Assembly: GCF_018350175.1 (NCBI RefSeq)
Contig: NC_058369.1
Location: 560,001 to 620,000, forward strand
Source: Felis catus
Lineage: Eukaryota
Length of the DNA stretch: 60,000 bases
Direction: 5' to 3'
In this document: piece by piece, positions 1-12,800 of the stretch
Numbering within the stretch: position 1 is the stretch's first letter
Layout of the letters: every line of letters starts with the position of its first letter
Program-made: the position numbers and the translations under genes
Notes under the pieces: generated by a model
The model's database searches: none
Told to the model about the DNA's origin: nothing
What the model saw: only the letters and a program-made list of their open reading frames with translations

Positions 1-146
1 GGCCCGGATGGCAAGTGGCCCCTCCCGGGGTGGCCTGGGGTCCAAGCCGCCTCCCCAGCCCCCACTGGACACTCACACTAGATGTGACTACAGACAACAT
101 GCCCCTCAGGGCCCCAGCTCTGCGAGGCTCTTGTGGGGATGGTTAC

Positions 147-332
147 ATAGGAGTCAGCAAACTATACCTGCCACCGATTTTATGAATAAAGTTTTACTGG
201 CACGTAGCCGTGACCACTCAGTTTCCCGTGGTCTGTGCTTTCACTACCACGGCCAAGTTGTACGCTCGGGCAGAGACTGGTCCTCGAAGCTGGAAATACA
301 GACTCTGGTCTCTCTCAGGAGGGCTTGTGGCC
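147..332. mobile_element. MER58-like hAT-Charlie DNA transposon remnant
   Basis: GTCAGCAAACTA...AATAAAGTTTTACTGGCAC...CAGAGAC pattern typical of MER58A. Confidence 0.65.
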
Positions 333-718
333 CGCCCCCCCCCCCCCCCCGGCCCCTGCTGTGGGGTATCAGCCGTCAGGTTCCTTTGGCATGAGGAGAG
401 CAAACGTGCCAGGCTCACCACCAGCACGTGGAGCATGTGGATACACCCCTCAGGCCTAAATAAAACCTTCTGGTCCTCAGGGAACAGCACTAGGCTGCAG
501 CAGCCCCCCTCCCCGAGACGGAGTCTTCTTGGTGCCCCAAGTCCTGCCCCTCCAGGGCCCTCCCAGTTGCTCACCGTGCTGTGATCACCCCAGCACGGCC
601 ACAGTCCCTCCATTAGGAGGCTGGAGCAGGGACAGGGGCAACACCGTCAGGGCCATTTCGGGCTCTGGAGACCCCCACCCCCCACAGGCCCCCGCCCCGG
701 GGAGGCCACAGCCCTCAC

Positions 719-862
719 CCAGGATGCCCATGTCGTATTTGCCCTCCTTCTTGTCCACATCGATGAGGTGGTCGAAGGTGTCGGAGAAATACTGGAACAG
801 CGCGTTCTGCTTGTGCACCTCTAGCCCCAGGATGCGGTTCAGGAACTTGGTGATGGAGCAGT
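719..862 (-). CDS. SBNO2: SBNO2 exon 26 ([12 protein letters not shown]...KYDMGIL)
   Basis: ccccAG|AC TGC acceptor, G|GTGAG donor, 144 nt, phase 1-1. Confidence 0.95.
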
Positions 863-3800
863 CTGGGGGGTGGGGGGTGCTCAGGAACTTGATGGAGCAG
901 TCTGGGGGGGCGGGGGGTGCTCAGGAACTTGGTGATGGAGCAGTCTGGGGGGTGGGGGGGTGCTCAAGAACTTGATGGAGCAGTCGGTGGGGCAGGGGGG
1001 AGCTCAGGGCGTCGGGAGCCCCAGCAGGGCCCCGGGAGCTTTGCCTGGGAGGTGTGGGGGCCTTCCCATGGATTTGGGGGGGCGGGGGGGGCTCTGCGTG
1101 GAGGACTCACCCTTCTCCACATCCAGACAGCCAGACCGGGACTCACGCCCACCAATGCCAACTGACAGCAGGCCCTGCTTCATATCTGCAGAAGGGGGGG
1201 CCTCGAATGTCTTCTGCCCCGTGCCAGCCCTCCAGCCAGCCCGGGGTGCCCGCCCTGCCACCAGTGCCCCCTTGGTAAGCTTGTGCGGAAGGGGGGGGGG
1301 GTCTTTGGACACAAATCCAGTCTGCCAATGCCAGTGCTCCAGACTGCTCCGGGTCAAGCTGTCCCGCACCGCAGAGACCTTCACTCATCCCCAGCTCACC
1401 CCGGAAAAAGGCGGCATCTCCTCCGGGGTAGCCCTGGGGCAGCGGCACCTTGTTCTCAGTCTGGCTCAGGATGGTGGTGAGGACGCAGCTGAGGGCCCGG
1501 GCGCCGTACTGAGTGCAGAGAGGAGGGGCGTTAGGGGACCCTGGGCGTGGACACGTCCCCTCCTGCCCCCCTCCCCCTTCCCAGGTACCTTGTTCTCAAA
1601 GTTGTACTTGCTCAGGTCACGGGACTCAGTGGCGCGGCGGTCCCCATGGGTCAGAGCCCCCTGCCCCGGATGGGGAAGGCCGTCAGGGGCTGTCCGGCTC
1701 CTCCCGGCGCCGCCCTGCACCCCCCCCCCCCGCCCCCCTCCCCCGGGGGAGCCCGCCCAGCCCCGCTCACCAGGCTCTCCAGCCGCTTGGCGACGATGGA
1801 CGCGAACCTTCGCTCCCCGGCCAGCTCGGAGATGAGGAAGACGTACTCGGGGGCAGAGACCTGGTTGGACCTGTGGGTCCGGCCTGAAGGCGGAGGAGGG
1901 CTCTCAGGGACCGTGGGGGGGGGGGGGTGGGCAACCCGGGGGCGGGGCAGCCCGGGGTGGGACTCACCGAACTGCTGGATGGCCCGGTCCGCGCTCCAGG
2001 GCAGCTCCAGTGTCATGTGGACCCGGCGTCGCTGGTTCTGGACGCGGCGGTCCGCTTGGAGGGAGATGCCAGAGCTGGAGGCCTCGGAGATGATGGCCAC
2101 GAGCTGGGAGACACGGACGGGACAGTCGGAACCCTGCCTGCTCCTCTGTGCCTTGCGCGCCTCACGTGGGTCACTGGGACTCGTTTAAGGTGAGTACGGG
2201 AGGAGTAGGTGTGCGCCCGTGGGGGAGCCCACGTGGGCTCAGAACGGACCGTGGGCCACCCCTGGCCTGCCCTGGGTGGAGAGGAGCAGCCCACACTGAG
2301 TTCCAGTGGAGGGCCTCGCAGCGGCCCCTGGGCAGTGACAGACAGCAGCGTGACAGTGACTGGAGGCTGGGATGGCCAGGGAGGCCTGTGGGGGCCCCGC
2401 TCAGGCACTCGTGCACACACACAGGCCCAGCAGGGGCCGCGATGGGCTGTGGTCCTGGGGCCAGCCCCTCAGGAACTCTGCACCTCCCTGGTCACGCGGG
2501 GTCCCCACCCGCTCCCCCCACACGGGGGGCACCTGTTGACACAGCCCATCCCCTGCGCCCCCCGGGCCCCGGCCTCATGCCCCCACCTTCTCCCCACTCA
2601 TGAAGCGCTCCTTCTCCCTGAGGTTCACATGGTCGATGGAGAGGCCTTGCTCTGCCCGAGACTCAAAGGCCACTGTCCCGTCGGGCCTGGACACCACACG
2701 GCCCTTCCTGCCAGTCATCTGGGGTGGGGGAGGGGGGAACAGCAGTCAGCCGGTGAGGCCGTCAGGGACTGGCCCCCGCATGCCTGTTTCCCTGGCCCCT
2801 TGCCTGGGTGCCCGGAGCTCCTGAGTGTGTGTGTGTGCTAGGGACGCTGTGGACCCTGGGCCAGGACAGCCTTGGTGCCAGGCCCGGGCCGCCCAGGGGC
2901 AGACAGCAGGATTTTCACTCCGTCCTACGTCTTCTATTATAAACCTGCTCCCTGGGGCAAAACCAGAGCCTGGGCTGTCACCACAGGGACATCCCAAGAA
3001 AGGGGACAGTTTGCAGGTGGGGAGGATAGGGAGGAGACACAGGGGGACAGGCCTGGGGACTAAGAGCACACGGGGGTGTGTGGGGAAGGTGGGTGCCAGG
3101 CCGGGCTGGGGAGCAGGGGGCAAGGCGACCGTGGCTGCGGGAGGGGAGTCCACCACCAGCCGGCCCGGCCTCCTGGGCTGCACACTGGATGCTGGACCTG
3201 GGGTCTTCCCAGCTCCAACCCCACGTCACGGTGCTGTGCGGGGACTCCGGGGTGGCCACGAGGGGGCCCCGTGGAAGCTCACCTCAGCCACGTGCTCGGG
3301 GCCCCCAAGCTGGTCGATGAGCTCGTCCAGAGTGTTGACGGGCAGCTCCCGGCCCAGCGCCCGCACCTTGGCCAGGAGGTCCTGCCTCAGCCGCTCCACA
3401 CGCTCCAGGACACCGGGGCCGTGAGGGTCTCGCTGCAGGGGGCACAGGGGCCCTGCAGGGCCAGAGGTCAGGGGGTGCCGGCCAGCCCACCTGCCCACAG
3501 CCCCACTGGAAGCAGTGAAGGGGTCCCTGAGGAGTGGAGCACAGTCGCGTGCACGGGGGTGTAGGGGTCTGGAATGTTCTCTCACCCCGGACTGCTGGTG
3601 TGAACCCCCTCTGCCTCAGGCCAGGCGCATGGCCCTGATGGCTCTCTGAGCCCGACTCCCCTGTCTGTAAGGTGGCAAATGCTGGGCTGCGGGCCTCACC
3701 GCGGTCATCGGCCGGCAGCCCGATGGCGTCCAGAATGACTACGTCGTCATCCAGCACGGACTCGGGGGAGGAGTGGAAGTCACTGTCCAGGCCGGCATCT

Positions 3801-6800
3801 GACTCGGTGCTGCTGTCGTCACTGATCCGGATCACGCCTGCCACCTCGCACACCAGCCTGGGCGCCTTGGCCCCACGGCCCCGTGGCCGCCCTGCACAGG
3901 AGGAACCAGGCTCATGGAGGCCCGGCCCGCTCCTCCCTCCTGAGGGGCCCAGCTCACGGCGACGCCTCAGGAGGGGAAGGGGGCAGTCCAGGGCCACACC
4001 CACGTGCCGGGACCCGAGTGGCCTGAGCCTCTTGCTCCGTCCGGCTTTGGGCTGCTCTCCCGTGTCCTGCCGTCAGCCAGGACGTGGTGCAAAGCAGTTT
4101 TAACGTCCCTGTCTGACTTCCTGACGCTTCCGTTTACTCTTGGCTGGTGCCTGGGGAGGCCAGGTGCCTGACCTCACACGGCAACCCTGGTTGACTGGTT
4201 GGGTCGGCCAAAGGACGTACCCAGGTCCCGAGGGGACGGTGGTCTAGGCACCTTATGTACACTGCCATAGTCGGGGATGCCCCGCGTCTGGCCGTGTGAC
4301 CTCAGCTGGGTTGCCTGGCCTCTCTGAGCCTCGCTTCCCACAGTGAGCTGATGCCCAGCCTCTGCTGGAAAGCGGCCCACGCAGGCACCGCCGGGAGGGT
4401 GACCTCCCTCCTGGGATGCGCTGCCTGAGCCCCATCGTGGCCCACGAGCTAGCACGGTGGGGGCGCCGGGCTGGTTTCCACCTAGGGAGCGCGAGGCCGA
4501 GAACCAGAATCTTAAGCTCCCCCATCCGAGGGCGACGCTGGGGGCCACAGGTGGCTGCTGCCCGAGGACGAGCTAGCCACGCCGTCCCGCGGAACCGGGG
4601 TTTGGTCTTTGGCCAACTGGGAGGCTGAAGAGAGGCCCTGCTGGGGTCTGCGTCTGCCGTGCAGCGAGTGCACCCTGGAGGCTGCCACCCACGGGGTTTC
4701 TCTCGGGAAGCTGTGCCGAGTGCCTCTGCACCTGCTATCCCCTGGACAAGTGGGTGGCGGTGGGGGGGGGGGGCGCCCAAGTTGGGCCTGCTCAGAGACA
4801 GAACCCTCCTGGCTCTGCAGCGAGCAGCAGAGGGGTCGATGCTCAGACAGGGGACAGTGGGGCAGAGGAATGAGCGAGTGAGGACGGGAGGGAGACCAGG
4901 GAGGATTTCGAGAGAGATCAGAGGCTGGGGGGTGTGGGGGGAGCTTACGTTTTCTCTTACTGCCAACTCCTCTCTCTCGCTTTCTTTTGGTTGAAGGAAA
5001 GTGCTTCTGAATTAGTGACAAAAAGACACCCCTAAAATCAAGAAGCGAAATTATTCCCAGTACAAGAGAAATCGCACCTGGAGTAGCTCTGGGGAGGGTG
5101 CCTGGGGTTTGGAGAAGGCAGGCAGGGGCGGGGAGGGAGGGTGTGAGGACTGGGGGGGGTGGGGGCAGGGAGGGAGGGTGTGGAGACTGCAGGGGTGCAG
5201 GGTGAGGGTAGGCCCAGGGCCACAGTTTCACTGTGAGGGCCTGGGCATGGGGTGGGGCCCTGAGTGGGGCTCCCTCCTCCAGCCATCAAGGGCTCTGTGT
5301 GCAGACTAACCACCTCTGAAGGGCCCTGGGCCCAGGAGGCTTTCCAGCCCTGGGAAGAGAGGCCTGCAGCTTTAGGATCCCCAAAGGCTAGTTCCTAAAA
5401 CCTGCGCTGTCCTTGAAACAGTGCTGCAGCCATGTGGGGGATGGGCACCGGAAGCCTTGTTCCGAAATCCCAGGTCCCTGTGCTGGCACCCTCTGAGCCT
5501 TGGGGTCACCCGTGGCTCATCATCCCGGCCTGTCGTCTCTGAGGGCTGGGGCAGTGTCTGAGCAGATGCACACCTGGGTTCTCACGGCTGGGGTCACAGG
5601 GCACTGGCTGCCACGTAGGGAGAACGAAGGGTGGGGGCGCAAGGGGGGGGGGACCGTCCCCGCCCACCCTGGGGGCTTCGAACATCACTCACTCAGCGGC
5701 GGAGACAAAGCAATCGAGCTGCCCGTCCTTCTGGTCCAGCACCTCCCGGGTCCGAGCCTCACCCGTGGACTGCAGCCCGATGACCACACACTTGGGGAGT
5801 GGGGGGAGGTCGGGGGTGAGCTGGGCTCTGAGACTCCCACTGGCCCAGCCCAGGAGCGTGGCCCCAGAGGGGCCCACAGGGAAGCCCCTGGTCGTCAGAA
5901 ACCAAGTTGGCCTCAGTTTCTTTCTCTTTCCGCCCCTGGTGTCCTGCTGGCTGCCAGGCCCCCAACACACCTGAGTCTACCCTGAGACTCCACACAGCCT
6001 CAGCCCTCCTGGACCCTCTCACTACCCTCTGCCCTGGCTCCTGCCAGCCCTGCCTGGACGTGGAAAACCGGGGGCCCGGCCATGCCTGTCACCTGCTTCA
6101 GGGGGGCTGGGTCAGGCAGGACTGGAACCTTCCAGGCCACACTCTGTCCTCACAGACTCGGCCCAGCCACACAAGAGTGCAGGGCTCCTGGTGTAACCGC
6201 AAAGCCCCAAGCCCTGCCCGGCTCTCGGGGCGACCAGGGAAGAGGGCCTCGCCGGCCCTGCCGACCTGGGCGCTGTGCCTGCCGGCTCACCTTGTCCCGG
6301 GCCAGCTCCTCCCGGGCCAGCTCCACCAGCCGGTGCACTTTGGCGGCCACACAGAGATACTTGAAGAAGCGCTGGTGGGCCGACCAGAACTGGCCCCACA
6401 GGGACTTGCGGGACTCCAGGCCAATCCAGTCGGCGGCCTGCTGGAACACGCCCAGGGCCTCGGCCCACTGCAAGGACACGCCCAGCTCAGCTCGAGGGGG
6501 CCCGGCCGCTCCCCGCCACCCGGCTCCCATCCCGGCTGGGATTCATCGCGGGGGGCGAGGGGGTGGTAAGCAGAGCAACACAGAGGTGCTGCTGGTACCA
6601 AACAGTAAGAAACGTTAGGAAACCAAAACGTGCGATTCCGGCGAGGCCACGGTGAGGACGGCAGGCTCCGCGCGGGAGGCGAGGAGACGCTGCTTCTGCT
6701 AAGGGGTGGGGACACCTGCAGTGACCGCCTTCTGCCAGCAGCCACTTGGCTCTTGACACTTCAGACCGGGGCGTCTCACCCAGGACCGTGCCTGGCGGCA

Positions 6801-9800
6801 ACTGGGGCCGTCACGACTGGGGACCCCGTCGAGCGGGTGGGGCCGGGGATGCCGCCCCCCCTCCCTCAGTGCCTGGGACGCCCCAGAGAGAACGACCCCC
6901 ACCCGCACCCCATGTCAGCAGTGCTGGCGGATGGGGCGGACGGCCCAAACTAGGTTTGAACTGTAGTTCAAATCATCAACACCGTCAGGGCTGACGCTCA
7001 GGGCTTGTCCCGGGTGGGCGAGATGGGACCGTGAGAACAGAGGAGCCCGTCCACGACACAGGAATGCCAACAAAGACGGGGCCACGCCACAGGCACGGAA
7101 ACGTGGACGCCGAGAGCGGCCGTGAGCTCCGGGAACAACGAGGCCCCGTCATTACGGTCACAGGAGAACTGGCGGCAGGAGCGAGTCTCGACGGGCCAAC
7201 TCCCCGTAGCACCCGCGAGGACAGATGCTGAAGGGACGGGAGCATAATTCCCACGGGACACGCACACTCGTGTCCGTGTGGTCACAGAGCCCGGCCACCC
7301 TGCTTACCAGCAGGGCCGCGCGGTTGTAGACGCGCTCGAAGGCTGGGGCCAGCGGGATCTCCTCGATGCGGAAGGTGACGCCGGAGAAGCTGAGCTGGCG
7401 CGCGATGTACATGCCGCTGACTTTCATGTCCATGGCCACGATCTCCATGGCGCCCACGCCCCTGCGGACAAGGACAGGGCCACCTGACCACATGCTGGGT
7501 CCCACGGAACAAGAGCGACTCGGGAAGGGGCTGATACCGGGAGCCGAGCCCTGGAGGGTGAGGAAGGGCCAAGCACACAGAGAGCGGAGGAGGCAGCACA
7601 CGCAAAGGCCCTGTGCTCCCATCTGCCTGGGCCCGAGAGGCGTGGGGGGCGATGCAAGAAAAGCAGGAGTGAGGGGGGCTCCTTCTCCTGCAGTGATGAT
7701 GGGCAGCAGGAGGCAGAAGAGTGAGTTTTAGGTCCCTCTGGTGGCTGGACGGGCACAGGCCAGGGTGTAGAGCAGACACACCCGACACTGGGCCCTGGGG
7801 CGTGAGAAGCAGCGCCCTCTGTGGGTCCCTCGCCAGCCCCGGTCTCGGGCAGGGAAGGGCACCCACCTCTTCTCGATGGCATGCAGAAACTCCTCGAAGG
7901 TTCGGAAGGGCGTGCCGTCCCCCCAGATGCCCAGGCGGCTCATGTAGATCATGTTCCGGGGCTCAGAGGCACCTGGGTTGGGGGAGCCGGCAAGGTCAGG
8001 GGCCTTGAACACCCGGGAATGACTCGAATGGAGGCCCGGGAACGGGGGGCCGGGAGGCTCACAGCCAGGGGTGCCGAGCGGGTGGAGGCAGATGGCAGAG
8101 GGAGCCCCGAACGGGTCTGGCATCTGCCTGGGGAGAGAAGCCCTGCCTCTGGACCAGGTGCTCCCAAGGCCCCCCGGGGCGCCCCCCCCCGCCCCTCCCC
8201 CCCCACCTGTGGCGCTGGCGTAGACCACCCTGGCCAGGGGCAGCTTGTTCTGCAGATCCAGGACCGCCTTGCCCATCTTCGTGGAGCTGGCATTCTTGGC
8301 TTTGTGACACTCGTCAAACACGATCTGGTGCGGGCAGGGGTCAAGGACTGTTCTGGGAGACAGGCAGCCCCGGGGACGCTGGCCGGATGCCCCAGGCCAC
8401 CCCGTTCTGAAGGGGAGCTCGGCAAGGTGCCTGGGGGGTGCGGCCTCGGGGTGGGAGCCTGGGAATGTCACCGCCAGGGCTTGGGAAACAGCCTCAGGGC
8501 CCCCTCTCGACTGCCGAGGACGCGTGCCGGGTAGACGGTGCAGAGTCACACACAGACACTCATGCCAAGGAGCACGGCGAAACGGGGTCTCTGAGGAAGA
8601 GGGCTGGGCCGGGAGCAGGCAGGCATCCCAGCTGTGACGGGTCCCCTGGGGGGGGGGGGCGGGGTCTCTGCGTAACTTCTCACAGATCCTGGAGACGCTC
8701 TCGAAGCAGAGCACCTCTCGAAGCAGAGCACCGAGGAAGGTCTTTGTGTTTTAAGAGAGAAGGAACCAGTTACAGGCGAGGACGCGCGCCACCGAGGTGT
8801 TCCAAACACAAGACACGCTTCTCCTCACACACGCGCGCGGGCACGCACACGCCTCACGTGAAGCCCGCTTTACGCGGCTCTGCGGGAGCGACACTGGGAA
8901 ACAGGAGCGTGGAGGTGAGCGCACAGCCTCCAGGTGGGCCGGCCGTCATTCGCCCCAGGCTGTGTGGGGCCTTCGCCCCAGGCTCTGCGAGCTGTCGCAC
9001 GGCAAGCACAGCGCCCTCCGGTGCCGGTGCCGGTTCGGCACAAGAGACTCGCTCCATAGGACAGCTGGCATCTGACGGCGGTAAACTCGGGAGCTCGCCC
9101 ATATAAGCGGGAAGGACACACGGGGCCGGTGTCCCTCTTCCTATCTGTGACCGGGACCAGGAGAGAGGAGGACTTTTGGAGAGTGCCGGGCGGCCCTGGG
9201 GCCGGTCACCCCACTTCTGGGAACGGGCCCAAGGAAAGTGAGAAGGGGTGATGGGGCACCCTGGCCGGGCCCAGTCACTCAGGGTTGTTTATGACCCAGA
9301 GAGAGAGGCCGGAAGCCGCCTCCAGGCCCCGGAGACGGGGCGGCACAGTACGTGATGTGCAGACATACCCAGGCTCAGGCAGGGAGGATGGGGACAGCCC
9401 TGGGGACAGCGCACAGGAAGATGAGCGCCCTTCGGTGGGGGCCAGGCCGGGCCCCCGAGCACCGTGAGGAGTGCCGAGCCCGCTGTGCGCACCACGGGGC
9501 AGACTCCCTGGCGGGGGAGGGGGTGGGGTGGGCTCAGGGGACCCTCCACAGGCGCCAGTGCAGAAATCCAGGCAAAACCGTGGCCCCCGCCCGGCACCTC
9601 ACCAGGGGAGACAGGGGCGTGTGCTGGCGCCTGACGTGTGTGATTCAACGGCTCACACAGGACCCACAACAGACTGTCCTGCTCTTGTCTGTACGGGTCC
9701 CCCCATCGCTTTTCTATAGTTTGGGAGAAACACAAAACCAAGCTTTCTAAATTCCAAGGGAGAAGAGAAAGGTAGAAACTCCTCCAATCCATGAAGTTCC

Positions 9801-12800
9801 TGCCACAGTCGGGAAGGATCTGGAGCCAGTACTGGTACGGATACCCCTCAACTGACCAACCGGCCAGCAGAGCTCCTTGACCCCAGCAGCCTGGCTTTTG
9901 GCCCAGCTGTCCTCCAGCTGGCCCAGCCTGGCCTGCCCACCTGCATGGAGCCCACAACCGACTGGGAGGGAGAGGGTGAGGAAGAGGAGGAGGGGGGAGG
10001 GGGGAGAGAGAGGAAGAGGGGGGAGAGAGAAGAGAAGAGGAGGAGGGGGGAGGAGGAGGAGGCAGGAAGAGAAGGGGGAGGCAGAGGAAGAAGGAGGGAG
10101 GAGAGGAAGAGAAGGGGGAAGGCAAAGGAGGAGAGAGGAGGAGAAGGGTGAAGAGGAGGGGTGGAGGGAGGAGGGGAAGAGGAGGAGGGAGGAGGAGGGG
10201 GAGGATTTAGAGGAGGGGGGAGGAGGAGGAGAGGGAGGGAAGGGAGAGGAGGAGGGGGGCAGAGGAAGGAAGCGCCCTCTGCCCCATTCCTTGGCCACAG
10301 GCACCTTCCCGCCCTGGGGCCCCTTGGCGCCCCCGCGCCTGTGGTCTCGGTCCAGCTCGCCGGAGCCGGGACACCGCGGAGCCAGACCGCAAGAGGACAA
10401 GGGCGGGCACTGAGGGCGAGCGTCCTGCCAGGAATGCCTTCCAGCGGGTGGCGTGCTGGCATCCGGGACGGGAGGAGGGGAGGGAGGTCCCCCGTACTGC
10501 GCAGCCCCGCCCCCGCCCCGCCCCCTCTGGTTCAGGATACGACTCCGTCGAAGGCCTCCCCGCACCACTCCAAGATCTGGCGGATGCGCGTACGGTGCTG
10601 CCCGCCGGCCTGGCTCTCCCCGATCAGGGCGGAGTAGGTGGCAAAGAGGACGCCCTCTGAGGTAGTGTTGTCGCCGTACTTGATCTGGGGGAGAGAGGCG
10701 GGCATGGGGGTGCAGCCGGGCTCACTCCGGGACCCCGCCCGAGGAGGGGGCCACCCCACCCACCTTGCTCAGCGCGTGCACCGCGATGCCCGGGGCGTCG
10801 ATGTCCCGAAGGTCGCGCTCCGCGTCATACTTGAGATCGTTGGAGACGCTGAACCTAGGGGTGAGGGCCGGTGGGTGCCATGGCGCCCCCTCCCCTCCCT
10901 GCCCACGTGCGCGGGGCTGGACGGCACACTCACCACAGTGACTTCTTCCGGCCCCGCAGGAAATTCTCCAGGATGATGCCAGCCACCGTGCGCCCCTTGC
11001 CGACGCCCGCACCGTCGCCAATGAGGAAGCCGGCCCGCTGCCCGCTGGGGAGCAGGACCTCGTGTTGCTGCGGGCCAAGGGATGGCGGTCAGGGCCTGGC
11101 AGGAGGCCCCCACGCGGGACGTGGGCCGGGTGGGAGACCGAGGTTACCTGGCAGGCGTAGGTGATGGCCTCCAGCTGCAGGGCAGACAGGGCCCCGCTGT
11201 CCGAGGCGGGCAGGGCAAGGGTGTAGGTGATGTCTGGCGGCGGGACGCTGGACAGCGTGCTAGTCTCCACCACGCGGTCAGGGTGCTGCTTCCCGATCTT
11301 GGCTGCGGAGGCAGGGCCGGGGGCAAGTCAGGAGTGTGGCCAGGGACAGGTCAGGGGCGTGGTCGGAGTCTCAGCGTTGGCTGCGGGGGGGGGGGGGGGG
11401 GGACCTATCCGTGCTTCACACAAAGGGGTGCGGGACAGATCCGTACAATCCTAAGCGGGGAGGAAGTGGGCTTTTCATGGTACGCTCTGTGCTGTCTCAG
11501 GCGCTGTGCCGAGCAGGGATTATAGAAGTGGCCCCAAGGCCAGCCCACAGCTCCCAAGTCTCTCCAGAAACCTGGAGCAGCCAGCACCCCCCACCCCTGC
11601 TGGGGTTTCGCAGGGCAGGGCACTCACATTTGGAGGGCACGTAGTCGGCGTAGGTCTCTGCGTGGCCCAGCTCGTCCCCCTCCTCCTCCTCTGCCTCCTC
11701 CTCCTCCTCAGGCTGACTTTGAGACTGAAGGTCGGTGCAGGAGCTGTGGTCAGGGCTGGATGGCCCTGTCCTGCCCAGCACGGCCGGCCTTCCCCCAAGG
11801 GGCAGCCAGGCCAGTGAACAAGAGGGGTGGGGAGTGGCCCACCCGCCCCCAGTGTGCTGCCTCCCAAGGGCCCATTTCCCCATCTGTAAAACGGGCAGAT
11901 CTTGCTTCCAAAAGGCTGCCTCTGAGCGTTCTAGTCCCCACAAGAGGTGGGCAGGGCTGGGGAGAAGGCCTGGCTCACCTGGTAGCTGACGAGGAGCGGG
12001 GTGCTGGAGAGAGAGGACACGGGGTCCTCGACGCCCGTCCACGGCCCGTGGGGCAGGAGCAGCTGGAGGGGACAGTGGACATGAGCCTGCAGACAAGACG
12101 TTGGGGGGGGAAGCGCCTCCCCGAGCCCCCTGACCCGGTCTCCGGCGGGGGGGTACCACGTGGTCTTCCTGCCCCCTCCCTGCTGCCCGCCAGCTGGTTC
12201 GTTTGAGCAACAGGCTAGAATTCCCATCACACAGATAAACAGAGCAAGGACACGTCCCACGTCCCCAACCGCAGTCACACCCGGCAGAGACTGAGCACCT
12301 GAGTCTGGTCCAAGGGAACCAAGAACCTGATAGGCAAAGCTGTGCCTGGGTGGGGGTCCATCAGCCATGGGGGCATGAAGCCCACCTGGGATTAGGACTC
12401 ATGTGGTGTCCGGGGAGCCTGGGTGGCTCAGTCGGTTGAGCAGCCGACTCTCGATTTCGGCTCAGGTCGCGGTCGCACTTCACGAGTGCCAGCGCCGCAT
12501 CAGGATCTGGCTGAGAGCTCAGAGTCTGCTTGGGATTCTCTCTCCTCCTCTCTGCCCCTCCCCCAACCCCACTCGCGCTCTCTCCCTCTCGAAAATAAAC
12601 TTAAAAAAAAAAAGAATTGAGCCCACAGATTCAGAGCAAATTCAGCTCTGGGCAGATCCAGCCCACAAATTCAGAGCCCACAGATGGGCCAGGACGGGAG
12701 ACCCAAATGCTCTAGGGCCATGTCGCACCTGGCCCTTGACTTGCCCACCCTCAGGGAGTGGTTACGCCCATGTCTGAACAGTCACAAAGAGCCTGGGTGG

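Noticed and set aside
8698..8731. Perfect 17-bp tandem duplication CTCTCGAAGCAGAGCAC
   Set aside because: Simple local duplication with no evident function
9874..9889. U12 branch-like TCCTTGAC followed by CAGCAG on the plus strand
   Set aside because: Antisense to SBNO2 with no evidence of a plus-strand transcript; likely chance
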